Source: Eledone cirrhosa | Lineage: Eukaryota | NCBI GenBank assembly: GCA_964016885.1 | Contig: OZ024756.1 | Location: forward strand, 39,928,001 to 39,992,000 | Direction of reading: 5' to 3' | Length of the DNA: 64,000 nt | Shown here: one piece after another, positions 52,830 to 64,000 of the stretch | Position numbering within the stretch: position 1 is the first letter of the stretch | Layout of the letters: the number at the start of each line of letters is the position of its first letter | Position numbers and translations under genes: made by a program | The notes under the pieces: generated by a model | Told to the model about the DNA's origin: nothing | Seen by the model: the letters and a program-made list of their open reading frames with translations, nothing else | Databases searched by the model: none

Positions 52830-53361
52830 ATAGTGGCTGCCAACTCGTTTTCAAGTACGGCCACTACTTTATATCCATGTAGGAGAACCCCTACCGATGC
52901 GCTGAACGAGTGACTTTTTAGTCCAGCCAGCGACTTGAAAACTCTGGTACAAACACTACACTTGTGACAATTATTGACACATAGTACTGGGCCCATGGTA
53001 ACATTTGACGACAAGTGCTTGAGAGATCTCCAGATATAAAGCAATGCCTGTGCTGTGAAGCTTTTATAGTGAGCAAAGGCACTGCACAAAGCCAGTCCCA
53101 CTCTCTTAACCAAGATGATATTTACCAAAAAGAAGAACAAGTCAACATCATTGGATACCATCAGGGTTGCAGGTGTTATATCAGAGTTTTCCTTCTCATA
53201 GAATTCTGCCTTGACAAAGGCTAAGGGGTCATCTCTCCCAGTGATTTTGGATAGCCATTGACTCTTAAGAGCTCCTTTGCCCTTTGACAGGTTTTGTTTT
53301 TAGTCCTGCAGGATGTCCAAAGTCACCCTCCTCACCAAGAAACCTTGGTGGGGTTGCCAGT
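52830..53361 (-). mobile_element. Bipartite RTE-derived non-autonomous element
   Basis: Reverse complement of 37754-38286. Confidence 0.75.
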
Positions 53362-53374
53362 ACATACATACATT

Positions 53375-53405
<31 letters not shown>

Positions 53406-53415
53406 TTATATACAT

Positions 53416-53498
<83 letters not shown>

Positions 53499-53835
53499 AG
53501 GTGGTCCCAAAAAATGTATACACACTTTTATTAGAATGCTGTTGAAGTGTGTATACATACATACACATACAAAGAGAGTTCTATATCTTACCGTGGTTGT
53601 TTATATTAGTATTTAACTAAGACTATGTCACCGGACCAGACACACTCTGTTACCTTAATCAGGGGCTCTAATCCGTGGCAGTTGTTGTATTAAGGGGCTT
53701 AACGGAGATTAAGGCTGGATCAGCTTATCTTCCTATCTTCATTCCGTAACAGCAGTCTTTAGAAAACGATCTGTCTTATCACCTCAGCCCAAGTAACAGT
53801 TGAGAGACAGATGTTGTGGTTGGTACCTTAACTGT

Positions 53836-53899
<64 letters not shown>

Positions 53900-54027
53900 G
53901 CTAGTCAGATAGAGAAACAAGATATAATGACGTAGGTATATATAGAAGATAGACAAAGTGACAAAGAGTATATATAGGAGTATTTGCATGTCTGGAAGCT
54001 ACACATACACACACACATATATAGATA

Positions 54028-54138
<111 letters not shown>

Positions 54139-54271
54139 CCCACACCCACACCCACCACACAGTTAAACTACCATTTCCAGGCAATGACAGTGACCAACTA
54201 ACACTCTCTGTAAGTACAATCTATAAGTGGGACAGTAAAAATATGCCAGAATTTTCTGTACCGTTGTTGCT

Positions 54272-54520
<249 letters not shown>

Positions 54521-54599
54521 GAATTACAAGTCAACAGATTAGAATTTACTTCATTATTTCATTATATAAAAGTAGAAACAATTATTTCATTATATAATC

Positions 54600-54658
54600 G
54601 CTGTTATATATATTTCGATGGTAACTGTTATGCAACAGTTATGACCTCATCAGACAGC
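54600..54658 (-). ncRNA. Type I hammerhead ribozyme
   Basis: gctgt-CTGATGA-g..taactgtt gcat aacagtta..c-GAAA-tatata-TA-acagc. Confidence 0.75.
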
Positions 54659-55320
54659 TAATAGTTGAACAGAATTTAAAAAACATGAAGTAGAAGAAAT
54701 AAAAATTACTCCTGCAATGTATTGATATATCCCAGGCTAATCAGTCATGGGGGTTGCTTTCTCAAAGCACCGGTATTGAACGAAACCGGTGTTCAGTTGA
54801 CGGTGTGTAATTTTTCATTACCTTAACTTAGCGCTTCGTAGACAGAATGTGATAAAATAAATATCAGACCGAAGTAAATGTATTTATTGCAGCTTTGCCG
54901 TGAGAATCAACCTGTCATGTTCGGTTGTTGTGTAACAAGCCATTAGGATGTGCTTATCTCTTCTTTCCAAAATGGCGTGAATGATAGTTGAGGGAAAACT
55001 CTTTATTGATATATAAACATTTGTCTAGTCACAACAACAACAAGAACAACAATAGCAGCAACAGGAAAATAAAATATAAACCAACGCTATTGCACATCAG
55101 ATGGTTTGATTTTAACCAAGCAAAACCTTGGAAGTTTGCCAAAGTGGAAGGTAATATGTCCGCTCTTGAAACTAACTTCAATAATATTATTTTGTTATTT
55201 TAATGGTTCCAGTCATTGGACTGTAGCCACGCTTTCAAGGATATAGTTGTTTACACCGACCTTCCATATTTATAGAGGGCTATATATTTCAGTGACTACA
55301 AACACACACACTCTCTCTCT

Positions 55321-55360
<40 letters not shown>

Positions 55361-55361
<1 letters not shown>

Positions 55362-55547
55362 ATAATTGTTTCTACTTTTGGCACAAGGCCAGCAATTACC
55401 CAGTGCATTACTGGTACTTTATTTTATCGACCCCGTAAGGATGAAAAGCAAAGTTAACCTCGGCGGGATTTGAACTCAGAATGGCAAGGGCCGTAACTCT
55501 ATGCGTCAAAGCATGGCGTCCGACCCTCTACCGATACTGCCAATCCA
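55361..55547 (-). mobile_element. SINE group 1
   Basis: Reverse complement of the consensus. Confidence 0.9.
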
Positions 55548-55565
55548 TATATACTATATATATAT

Positions 55566-55760
55566 AGTAATAATGATAAATGCGAAGACTAAAATCCAAA
55601 GAGGGCTCGAGAAGGATAAATATATATCAAATATATAAGAAAACCGTAGAGCAAATATTTATTAAAATAACTTTCATCCTTAACGGGGATCTTCAGAAGA
55701 TCCCCGTTAAGGGTGAAAGCACAGATCCTTTGCTTAAACTTTAATCTCTTATTTTAATAT
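55566..55760. mobile_element. Family E element with fold-back at CTGAAGA
   Basis: ggggatcttcag|aagatcccc palindrome centre. Confidence 0.7.
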
Positions 55761-55769
55761 ATATATATT

Positions 55770-55843
<74 letters not shown>

Positions 55844-55882
55844 AAACGAAAAATCAGTGATGCATCTGGACTCAGTTTATTG

Positions 55883-56074
<192 letters not shown>

Positions 56075-56085
56075 ATATATATATG

Positions 56086-56119
<34 letters not shown>

Positions 56120-56189
56120 TATATAGTTAAATATTAGACGGGAACAAAAAACAGAGAGGCAGTACACATGGTGGTTTATTAGGTTCACG

Positions 56190-56410
56190 CTTTTGAGAGT
56201 GGGTAATATAAAAAGATTCAGGATCCCCACGGCTGAGCTCCAGCCCTTTAGACAGCTAGATCCGAACTGAGTTCAGATCTAGCTGTCGAAACGGTCGGAG
56301 CTCAGCCGTTAGGGTCCTGAATATTTTTTTTAAATTACCCACTCTACTACCCCAAGTATCGAGTACTCTGCTGGGTTAGTGTCCACTTGGTTTTTACCAC
56401 ACCCTATCTG
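56190..56410 (+). mobile_element. Diverged family A relative with fold-back
   Basis: Centre gatccgaactgagttcagatc; GAAACGG..CCGTT. Confidence 0.65.
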
Positions 56411-56660
56411 ACATATATATATATATGTGTGTGTGTATGTATGTATACACACACACATATATAGGTGAAGTAGATGTTCTCAGGTATGACTGTATAACCG
56501 TGTATCTTATCGTTGTTGTTATTGTTGTTGTTGTCTTATCACAGCCTTTGACTAACTTTTCAGTTTTCATTGCCATAATTTTAGTATTCCTTTCGTTACT
56601 GAGGCAAGTTGGGGGGAGGGGGCACCACTAGATTCCACTTCATATCTAAAGAAGATTAGC

Positions 56661-56702
<42 letters not shown>

Positions 56703-56751
56703 CGGTGGTAGTAGTAATGGTAATAGTAGTAGTAGTAGTAGTAGTGGCGGC

Positions 56752-56807
<56 letters not shown>

Positions 56808-56824
56808 CGGTAGTAGTAGTAATG

Positions 56825-56858
<34 letters not shown>

Positions 56859-56875
56859 CAGTGGTAGTAGTAATG

Positions 56876-56909
<34 letters not shown>

Positions 56910-56956
56910 ATCACCAACCGTAGTAGTAGCAGCAGCAACGACAATAACTATAATAG

Positions 56957-57262
56957 ACAGTGGAGACTTTTGGTGTCCTTGGCCCTAGGGTCACCTCCCT
57001 ACTTACCCCCCCCCCTACTTACCACCATCGGCACAGAGTTGGCTACCCCGCAGGTTTGAGCCTCGCGAGCTGGAATGGCTCTTCCAGCGCGTCTCCCTTA
57101 CCATCCTCAAGGGACACGCCTTTTCTATTCTGTCCGTTGGGGTCGCGGGACTGCCAATGTGTGGGACCCCATTTGCTCATAATAGTGAGAGATGGAGAGA
57201 GTGAGAGAGACTGATGTAGTGACAGTGGGAGTTTAGTTCCTTTATGTTCGGACATGGTATAT
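56957..57262 (+). mobile_element. CRE-clade retrotransposon 3' fragment
   Basis: VETFGVLGP..EPRELEWLFQRVSLTILKG..FSIL. Confidence 0.75.
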
Positions 57263-57291
57263 AACTTTGATAGGTTTCGGCCAGTATTGGC

Positions 57292-57437
57292 CCAGGCCAT
57301 GTCTAACTTAATAGCACCACCAGGCCATGTCTAACTTAATAGCACCACCAGGCCATGTCTAACTTAATAGCACTACCAGGCCATGTCTAACTTAATAGCA
57401 CTACCAGGCCATGTCTAACTTAATAGCACCACCAGGC
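57292..57437. repeat. 28-bp tandem repeat, 5 copies
   Basis: ccaggccatgtctaacttaatagcacca. Confidence 0.9.
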
Positions 57438-57867
57438 AAATATGTATGTTTCACAGACACACTCACACTTTATACAACAAATAGTTACAACGTCTGTACA
57501 GTACAAACAACCTTCCATGTTGTTTCTAATCCTTATTTAAGGACCCTCGTCTTTGTTTATGTCACTGATATCTCCTTTATCAGCCAACATGCCACATCAA
57601 GTTTTGCTGTATTCACCTGAATTGATAGAGCTGGGCCATGTTAGTTCTTATCACACTGTCAAAGTGGCGGCAGCTTTGACAGTAGAGCAGGGGTTTAAAA
57701 CTCGAGGACTCCAAAGGTTCCTTACGTCCTTGGAGAGAGCACAGAGGGCCAACAGTGATATATATATATATATGAAGAATTTTCGTAGGAAAGGTACAGG
57801 AAAAAAGAGTGCTCTATGTAGGCTATAGAGCTTATTAGTTATGTAATAAACAACATAAGATAATTAT

Positions 57868-57929
57868 TTCATTTACCAGTGGTTTCTTGAAGGCAGATAT
57901 TTATATCTGTCTTCAGTCGTCAGAATGAA
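57868..57929 (-). ncRNA. Type I hammerhead (family D), intact, inside palindrome 57837-58021
   Basis: ttcatt-CTGACGA-tgaagacagatat/atatctgccttca-GAAACCAcTGGT-A-aatgaa. Confidence 0.8.
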
Positions 57930-58029
57930 TTAAAAAAAAAAAAAAAAGACATATAAATATCTGCTTTCAAGAAACCACTGGTAAATGAAATAATTATCTT
58001 ATGTTGTTTATTACATAACTATATACATA

Positions 58030-58086
<57 letters not shown>

Positions 58087-58088
<2 letters not shown>

Positions 58089-58430
58089 AGGTACATGGCT
58101 TAGTGGTTAGAGCATTGGTCTTGCAATCGAAAGGTTGTGAGTTCAATACTCAGACCGGGTGATGTGTTGTTTCCCTGAGCAAGAGACTTTATTTCACATT
58201 GCTCCAGTTTACTCAGCTGTAGAAATGAGATGATAGGGACTGGGGTCCCTATCATTCCACTGCAAAGTGGTCGTGGAGGTGCCACGGCAAAAAAGCACCC
58301 AGCACTCACTGTAAATGAGGTTGGTGTTAGGAAGGGCTCCAGCTGTAGAAATCAAGCCAGCATCAGTTCCCGTCCCACCCTTGCAAGCAGGGAAAAGCGG
58401 ACGTAAAATGATGATGATGATGATGATGAT
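58087..58430 (+). mobile_element. CORE-type SINE with (ATG)n tail
   Basis: tggcttagtggttaga head, core, gttggtgttaggaagggc tail domain. Confidence 0.8.
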
Positions 58431-58551
58431 ATATATATACACGCACTCAACAAAGACGGTGTGGTAAGATACCAGGTGGACCATAACACACCTATATATA
58501 TAGTACTCAAAACCTCTAACTGGATTACCTAAAACGATAACTTGTTATCCC

Positions 58552-58605
<54 letters not shown>

Positions 58606-58892
58606 AGAAACGAAAACAAAATAAATGGTTTTTAGTGTATTTAAGCATTTAATGTTTATTGTAATCTGCTCCTAGAACTTGCCAGAAAAGGTCTGATAAT
58701 TGCTTCCCCTTCCCCACCCCATCATGTTATTATCAGTGATAATAATAAGGATATTATCTCTACATCTTGGGATAAACATTGACGTGTTTGAGGATCGTAA
58801 AGTCTATTCATATTTCACAGGTAATAACACGGCTTTTATTTAGACACACACATATATATATATATGTATATATATATGTATATATATATAGT

Positions 58893-59075
58893 TTTAATAT
58901 AGATGAGATTCTACAGGACTAGAACTGTTTCATTCTTTAGAAATCATCAGGTTGATGATTTCTAAAGAATGAAACAGTTCTAGTCCTGTAGAATCTCATC
59001 TATATTAAAACTTTTATACTCTGCAATGTATTGAGTACCTTACTTACTGTGGTTACCTCCGATTCAACCCGGAAT
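58893..59075 (+). mobile_element. Family B element with fold-back
   Basis: Centre atcatcaggttgatgat; GAAACAG ttctagtc CTGT-A. Confidence 0.75.
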
Positions 59076-59082
59076 AACGTAC

Positions 59083-59119
<37 letters not shown>

Positions 59120-59204
59120 ATATATACAGAGAGAGACAGAGAGATATTTCACTGGTACTACATTTATTGACCTCGAAAGAATGAAAAGCAATTTATTAAT
59201 TTAC

Positions 59205-59660
59205 TCTTCTTCTTCTTCGCCCACTTATTCCTGGGAGGGTCGTGGGGCAAGATCCTTCACACACTCCCTCCAGTGGGTCCTGTCAGATGTAACCGTCTCC
59301 AATTTATCTGGCTGGATCCCCAACCTCATGGATGTTCTCCAACCATCTTGCTCGAGGTCAACCCCTGGGTCTCCTGAAGGTTGGTTTTCCCCATAAAATT
59401 TATCCAGTGATTCTTTCCTCAGGCATTCTAACCACATGTCCTCCATAGTATCGGAGCTGTGATCTCTCAAGTTGGAGAAGTCGCAGCTCTACCTGGAGTG
59501 ACTCTCTCATCTCCGAGCTACGTACTTTATCGAGAACGTTACTCCTAAAAATCTTCAGAAGAATCCCATTTCGGCCACTTGTATTCGTGACCGTATTCTG
59601 TCGGTCATTACCCAAGATTCATGACCATAGGTCAGGCTTGGCACGAAAACAGAATTGAAA
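59205..59660 (-). mobile_element. RTE-clade LINE 3' fragment (Rex3/Expander-like)
   Basis: PSLTYGHESWVMTDRIRSRIQVAEMGF..LDKVRSSEMRESLQVE..; (GAA)n tail. Confidence 0.9.
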
Positions 59661-59911
59661 ATTTACTGGTTTACGAATATTTTGGTTCGCCCACAAAAGA
59701 CAACAAGCAGGTCATGTGAGAGATCGTCTGCTTTTGGGAGTTTTTTTGTTTGTTTGTTTTTTCACAGTTGAGGTAAGCAAAAAAAAAAAGATAGCAAAGA
59801 AAAAAAAGAAGACAAAGTGTGTGTGTGTATGGGGGGGGGGGGGGGTTAGAAGGAAGTGAAGACGTTTTTGTTGCCATGGAATTTAATGACATCATACAAC
59901 AACAACATGGA

Positions 59912-59963
<52 letters not shown>

Positions 59964-60209
59964 GGCTGCTCCACTCAGTTCAGGAAATATCTCCAACATG
60001 GCATCAGTTTGCAAGAATAACAGAGATTGTTTGAAAATTCGGTGTAGCTGACAGACAGAAATGTTGATAGTATGGCTGCCATTGGAGGAAGAGATTCAGT
60101 GATTTGTTGTTTGATGAAGAGGAGTCAGAGAGAAAGAAAAACAAGGCTTTAGAGAAAGATATGTAGTGTTGAGTGATGGCGGGGGTATTGAAAAGATGAA
60201 ACTAGGAAT

Positions 60210-60298
<89 letters not shown>

Positions 60299-60744
60299 CA
60301 TACATACATCTATATATATATATATTTATGTATATTTATATATATATATATATAGAGAGAGACAGAGAGAGAGAGGAAGAGATAGATAGATAGGTAGGTT
60401 GAGAGGGAGAGAGAGATAATATATATATGTATTTATTATATGTATATATATATGTATATATATTTATGTATACATATATATATATATATTTATGTATATA
60501 TATATATTGTGTTTATGTGATGGTAGTAGAAGTTGTAGTAGTAGTAGTAGTAGTAGTCACTGAAGTGCAATTAAAAGGTAAGCTCTGGTGTCTGGGGGCC
60601 AGCTTCCATTTCTGTTGCTTCCTTCGTGTCATTTCACTTCATTCTCGCCCATAATTCCTCATGGGAGAATCTTAAACCTTTAAAATTTCCATTACACCCC
60701 CCCCCCCCTCATATACGGGTTCGGTTTCTGCCATTGCAATAAGG

Positions 60745-60960
60745 GTTTCTTATATAGGCACAAGGCCAGCAATTGGAGAGAAGGGGATAGTCGATTAAAT
60801 CGACCCCAGTGCATTACTGGTGCTTTATTTTATCGACCCCGTAAGGATGAAAGGCAAAGTTAACCTCGGCGGGATTTGAACTCAGACCATAAAGGGCCGT
60901 AACTCTATGCTGCAAAGTATGGTGTCCGACCCTCTACTGATACTGCCAATCCACCGCCCT
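60745..60960 (-). mobile_element. SINE group 1
   Basis: Reverse complement, full length. Confidence 0.9.
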
Positions 60961-61000
60961 TGCCATTGCAATAATATAATAAGAACAACAACAATATTGG

Positions 61001-61400
61001 TGGACCTCCGTCGGCTACGACGACGAGTGTTCCAGTTGATCTGATCAACGGAATAGTCTGATTGTGAATTTAACGGGCAAATGGCTGAATATTTCACACA
61101 CACACGTATAACCCTTGACGTAGTTCTCAGGGAGAGCCAGCGTGACGCAGTCTATGACAAGGCTGGCCCTTTGAATTACCGGTGCCGCGTTGTGTCCTTC
61201 AGCAAGACACTTTATTTCACGTTGCTCCAGTCCTCTCAACTGGCAAAAAATGAGTTATACCTGTAGTTTGATGGACCACCTTGTCACATTCTGTGTCATG
61301 CTGAATCTCCCTGAGAACTACGTTAAGTGTAGACGTGTCTGTGGAATGCTCAGTTGATCGGATCAACTGGCTGACTCGTCGTCGTAACCGACGGAGTACC
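61001..61400. mobile_element. Two CORE-SINE 3' parts joined back to back
   Basis: ctccgtcggctacgacgacgag at 61005 versus ctcgtcgtcgtaaccgacggag at 61376. Confidence 0.75.
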
Positions 61401-61674
61401 TTCCCTCCATATTCACAATATTTGGCTTTGTGCCCCGTAAAAAAGAAATCCTACTTGCAGAAATAGAAAATACCCGAAATAATAGATGTAGGCAAACAAT
61501 GTCTGACTGTATATCAGTTGGGGGTAAAAGATTAGATTAGGGCTGGCTTTTAGTTTGGTATTTACACAGATATTGTACACACCTTTTGTGGAACCGATTG
61601 ACACCTCACACTTGCAGGATCTTTATATTACAGAAGAATTTTCTGGGAAACCTGGACGCATGTATGTATGTCCG

Positions 61675-62178
61675 TAGAGTCAACGGCCATCCAAATAGCA
61701 CCTATTTTTTCACCTGGGAGTGAAAGGCCCCCAGTTGTTGTCACATCACCTTTCTAGGGGAGGGAAACTCTGAAATAAAAACCGGCGGCTTCAGAAGCAT
61801 CCGATGATGTTGACCAGTTCTCCTTTTCGGGTCGTGTTTTCGATGCTCAGAGAGTGGGATTGGTCGAGTGCAAGGCCTTTCCCCACTTAAAAAACCTTCA
61901 AAGCACAGGCATTGCTTGTTCAAGATCCGTTACAGGTTCGTGTGGCTGGCCGTAGCCTAAAGGTGCACCATTTTCTGCAATCGGATTGCAATACTCTTAG
62001 AAGAGTTTGCAGCCACCATGTATGTTGTAACCAGTGCATGGTCGGATCTTCGTCGACTAAACCGTCAACCCCACCAAGCTTGCTTGGTGAGGAAGGTGAA
62101 TTTGGACACCCTACGGGATGAAAAACAAAACCCGTCAAAGGGCGAAGGAACTCAGGACAGTCAACGGACATCTAACGA
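61675..62178 (+). mobile_element. Permuted RTE-derived element
   Basis: Order middle-tail-head relative to the 37678 copy, with 17-bp terminal redundancy. Confidence 0.65.
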
Positions 62179-62882
62179 TGAGGGCCATTTTCTTTTTCCG
62201 ATATTTTGCCGCTAAACGAAGAACCATGTTTTAAGGATTCAGTTTTTTTTCTTCTACAAATATTTATTCACCTCACCCATTAGCTACCCTTTTATCAGGC
62301 CTCTATTATCTACCCAGCCATACATCTTATCTTCTATGATATAAGCAGACCAGACCCTACTGTAAGACACTCACTATATTAGCTACCCCATTATCAAGGC
62401 AACATATCTACCCAGCTAGGTACACACCCTATTTTTCTATGATATAAGCAACCTTCACTGTAATAAAGTCTCTATGTTTACAATGTCAGCCAACTATGAA
62501 CAATTCCTTCAGCACATTCCTCTTTTCTTATCATCTACAGATATGATCTCCATGTTTACCTTAGCAACTTTGTTGTTTTGAAATTATATAACGTAGTGTA
62601 GTGCTGGGTGGTGTACTATAGTGTAGTGTTGTGTAGTTTAGTGTAGTGTAGGGTAGTGTTGTATAGTGTAGTGTTGTGTAGTGTAGGGTAGTGTTGTATA
62701 GTGTAGTGTTGTGTAGTGTAGGGTTGTGTAGTGTAGTGTTGTGTAGTGTTCTGTGGTGTAGTGTAGTGTAGTGTTGTAGAGAGACCAAGTAAGATGATTC
62801 GTTGTACGCATGAATGTATATGTATGTATGTGTGTATGTATATATATATGTGTGTGTGTGAAAAGATTGAGGACGCTATCTG

Positions 62883-62926
<44 letters not shown>

Positions 62927-62932
62927 CCTTAG

Positions 62933-63022
62933 ATAGTGCCATATATAGGTGACAATGGTGTAGAATATGTGTGGCAAGGGTTGGTGGTTCTGTGGCGACC
63001 AATGTCAGTGATGACACAGACG
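62933..63022 (+). CDS. Candidate exon (IVPYIGDNGVEYVWQGLVVLWRPMSVMTQT)
   Basis: Acceptor tccttag, donor gtaatg, 90 nt, phase 0-0. Confidence 0.25.
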
Positions 63023-63268
63023 GTAATGTGGCTTGAACAATGGTGACATCTACGTCACACCTCCACCACATCACCACATCCCCCCCCCCACTACAACCAC
63101 CATCACCACCACGTCCTCACCACAACACCACCATCACCACCACTACAACCACCATCACCACCACGTCCTCACCACAACACCACCATCACCACCACTACAA
63201 CCACCATCAACACCACTAAGGTCTCCACCCCAATCAACATTACCACCACTCCCTCAATTTTACTTTAG

Positions 63269-63577
63269 TATTCATCACGTGACATGGTGGGGGAGGGGTG
63301 GGCTAGACAGAGCATCACATACTCCGACCCTGTAATAAATGCCGACATCCTTTCAAAACTGTTTTTCTGGACTAATTGGGTTGTCAGACACCTAATGTCG
63401 CCCACTTCACCCTCACTGGAGCCTCTCCCCACCCGTCTGCCACCGAGCGACCACTCCTGCCCCCTCCACCATTGGAGCCACCCAACGACTCCTACCCCAC
63501 CATCCACTGAAGCCTCTCCCCACTCAACTACCAGCCCCACCTCACCATCCCCCCCACCACTCCACAGAGAGAAGAGG
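63269..63577 (+). CDS. Candidate exon, Pro/Ser/Thr-rich, ending REKR
   Basis: Acceptor ttttactttag, donor AGG|gtgagt, 309 nt open, phase 0-0. Confidence 0.4.
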
Positions 63578-63894
63578 GTGAGTGTGAGTCGGGGTTTGGA
63601 TGTGATGAGTTCAGGTGAGGAAGATTAAAAGACGGGATATGTTCCAGTTGGTAAAGGTAAGAGGAGGTAAAGATACGGGGTTGGTGGTGGTGGTGGTGGT
63701 GGTGGTATTGTTGTTGTTTGTGGTGGTGTTGGTGGTGGTGGTGGTGGTAGTAGTGGTATTGTTGTTGCTGTTGTTGTTGTTGGTGGTGGTGGTGTTGGTG
63801 GTAGTAGTGGTGTTGTTGTTGTTGGTGGTGGTGGTGGCAGTGGTGGTGGTGGCGGTGGTGTCTAGCTTTCGCGTTTTCTCGTCATTATCATTTA

Positions 63895-64000
63895 TTGGCA
63901 GTATCGGTAGAGCGTCGGGCGCCATGCTTTGCAGCACAGAGTTACGTCCCTTTCTGATCTGAGTTCAAATCCCGCCGAGATTAACTTTGCCTTTCATCCT
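63895..64000 (+). mobile_element. SINE group 1, cut by the window end
   Basis: ttggcagtatcggtagagcgtcgg..gagttcaaatccc. Confidence 0.85.

Noticed and set aside
54967-54978. YY1-like CAAAATGGCG promoter motif
   Set aside because: A single short motif with no other promoter evidence
57655-57683. Hairpin actgtcaaag/ctttgacagt as a miRNA precursor
   Set aside because: The stem is only about 10-12 bp, too short
61570-61661. Candidate exon ILYTPFVEPIDTSHLQDLYITEEFSGKPGR
   Set aside because: The donor is part of a (TATG)n tract and its phase does not fit the downstream candidates

Overview
AT-rich, repeat-saturated eukaryotic DNA. The SINE families and microsatellite load point to an octopod cephalopod; this is an inference, not a database match. 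No recognisable intact gene is present. Nearly all long ORFs in the track are microsatellite or minisatellite translations, and only a few weak candidate exons remain. Mobile content: two tRNA-derived SINE groups (about 25 copies), RTE-clade LINE 3' fragments, bipartite RTE-derived non-autonomous elements, CRE-clade 3' fragments, Tc1/mariner-type MITEs and several minisatellites, some derived from retroelement ends. The main unexplained signal is at least 12 sequence-unrelated families of short elements embedded in (TA)n tracts. Each carries a type I hammerhead ribozyme motif (CUGANGA...GAAA...UH with pairable stems), and three have unusually long stem II. Many are fold-back palindromes whose turn point lies in or next to the hammerhead core. 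A Penelope-like ORF remnant in the same inverted architecture supports a Penelope-like (PLE)/retrozyme origin. All RNA folds were made by eye and element boundaries are approximate.
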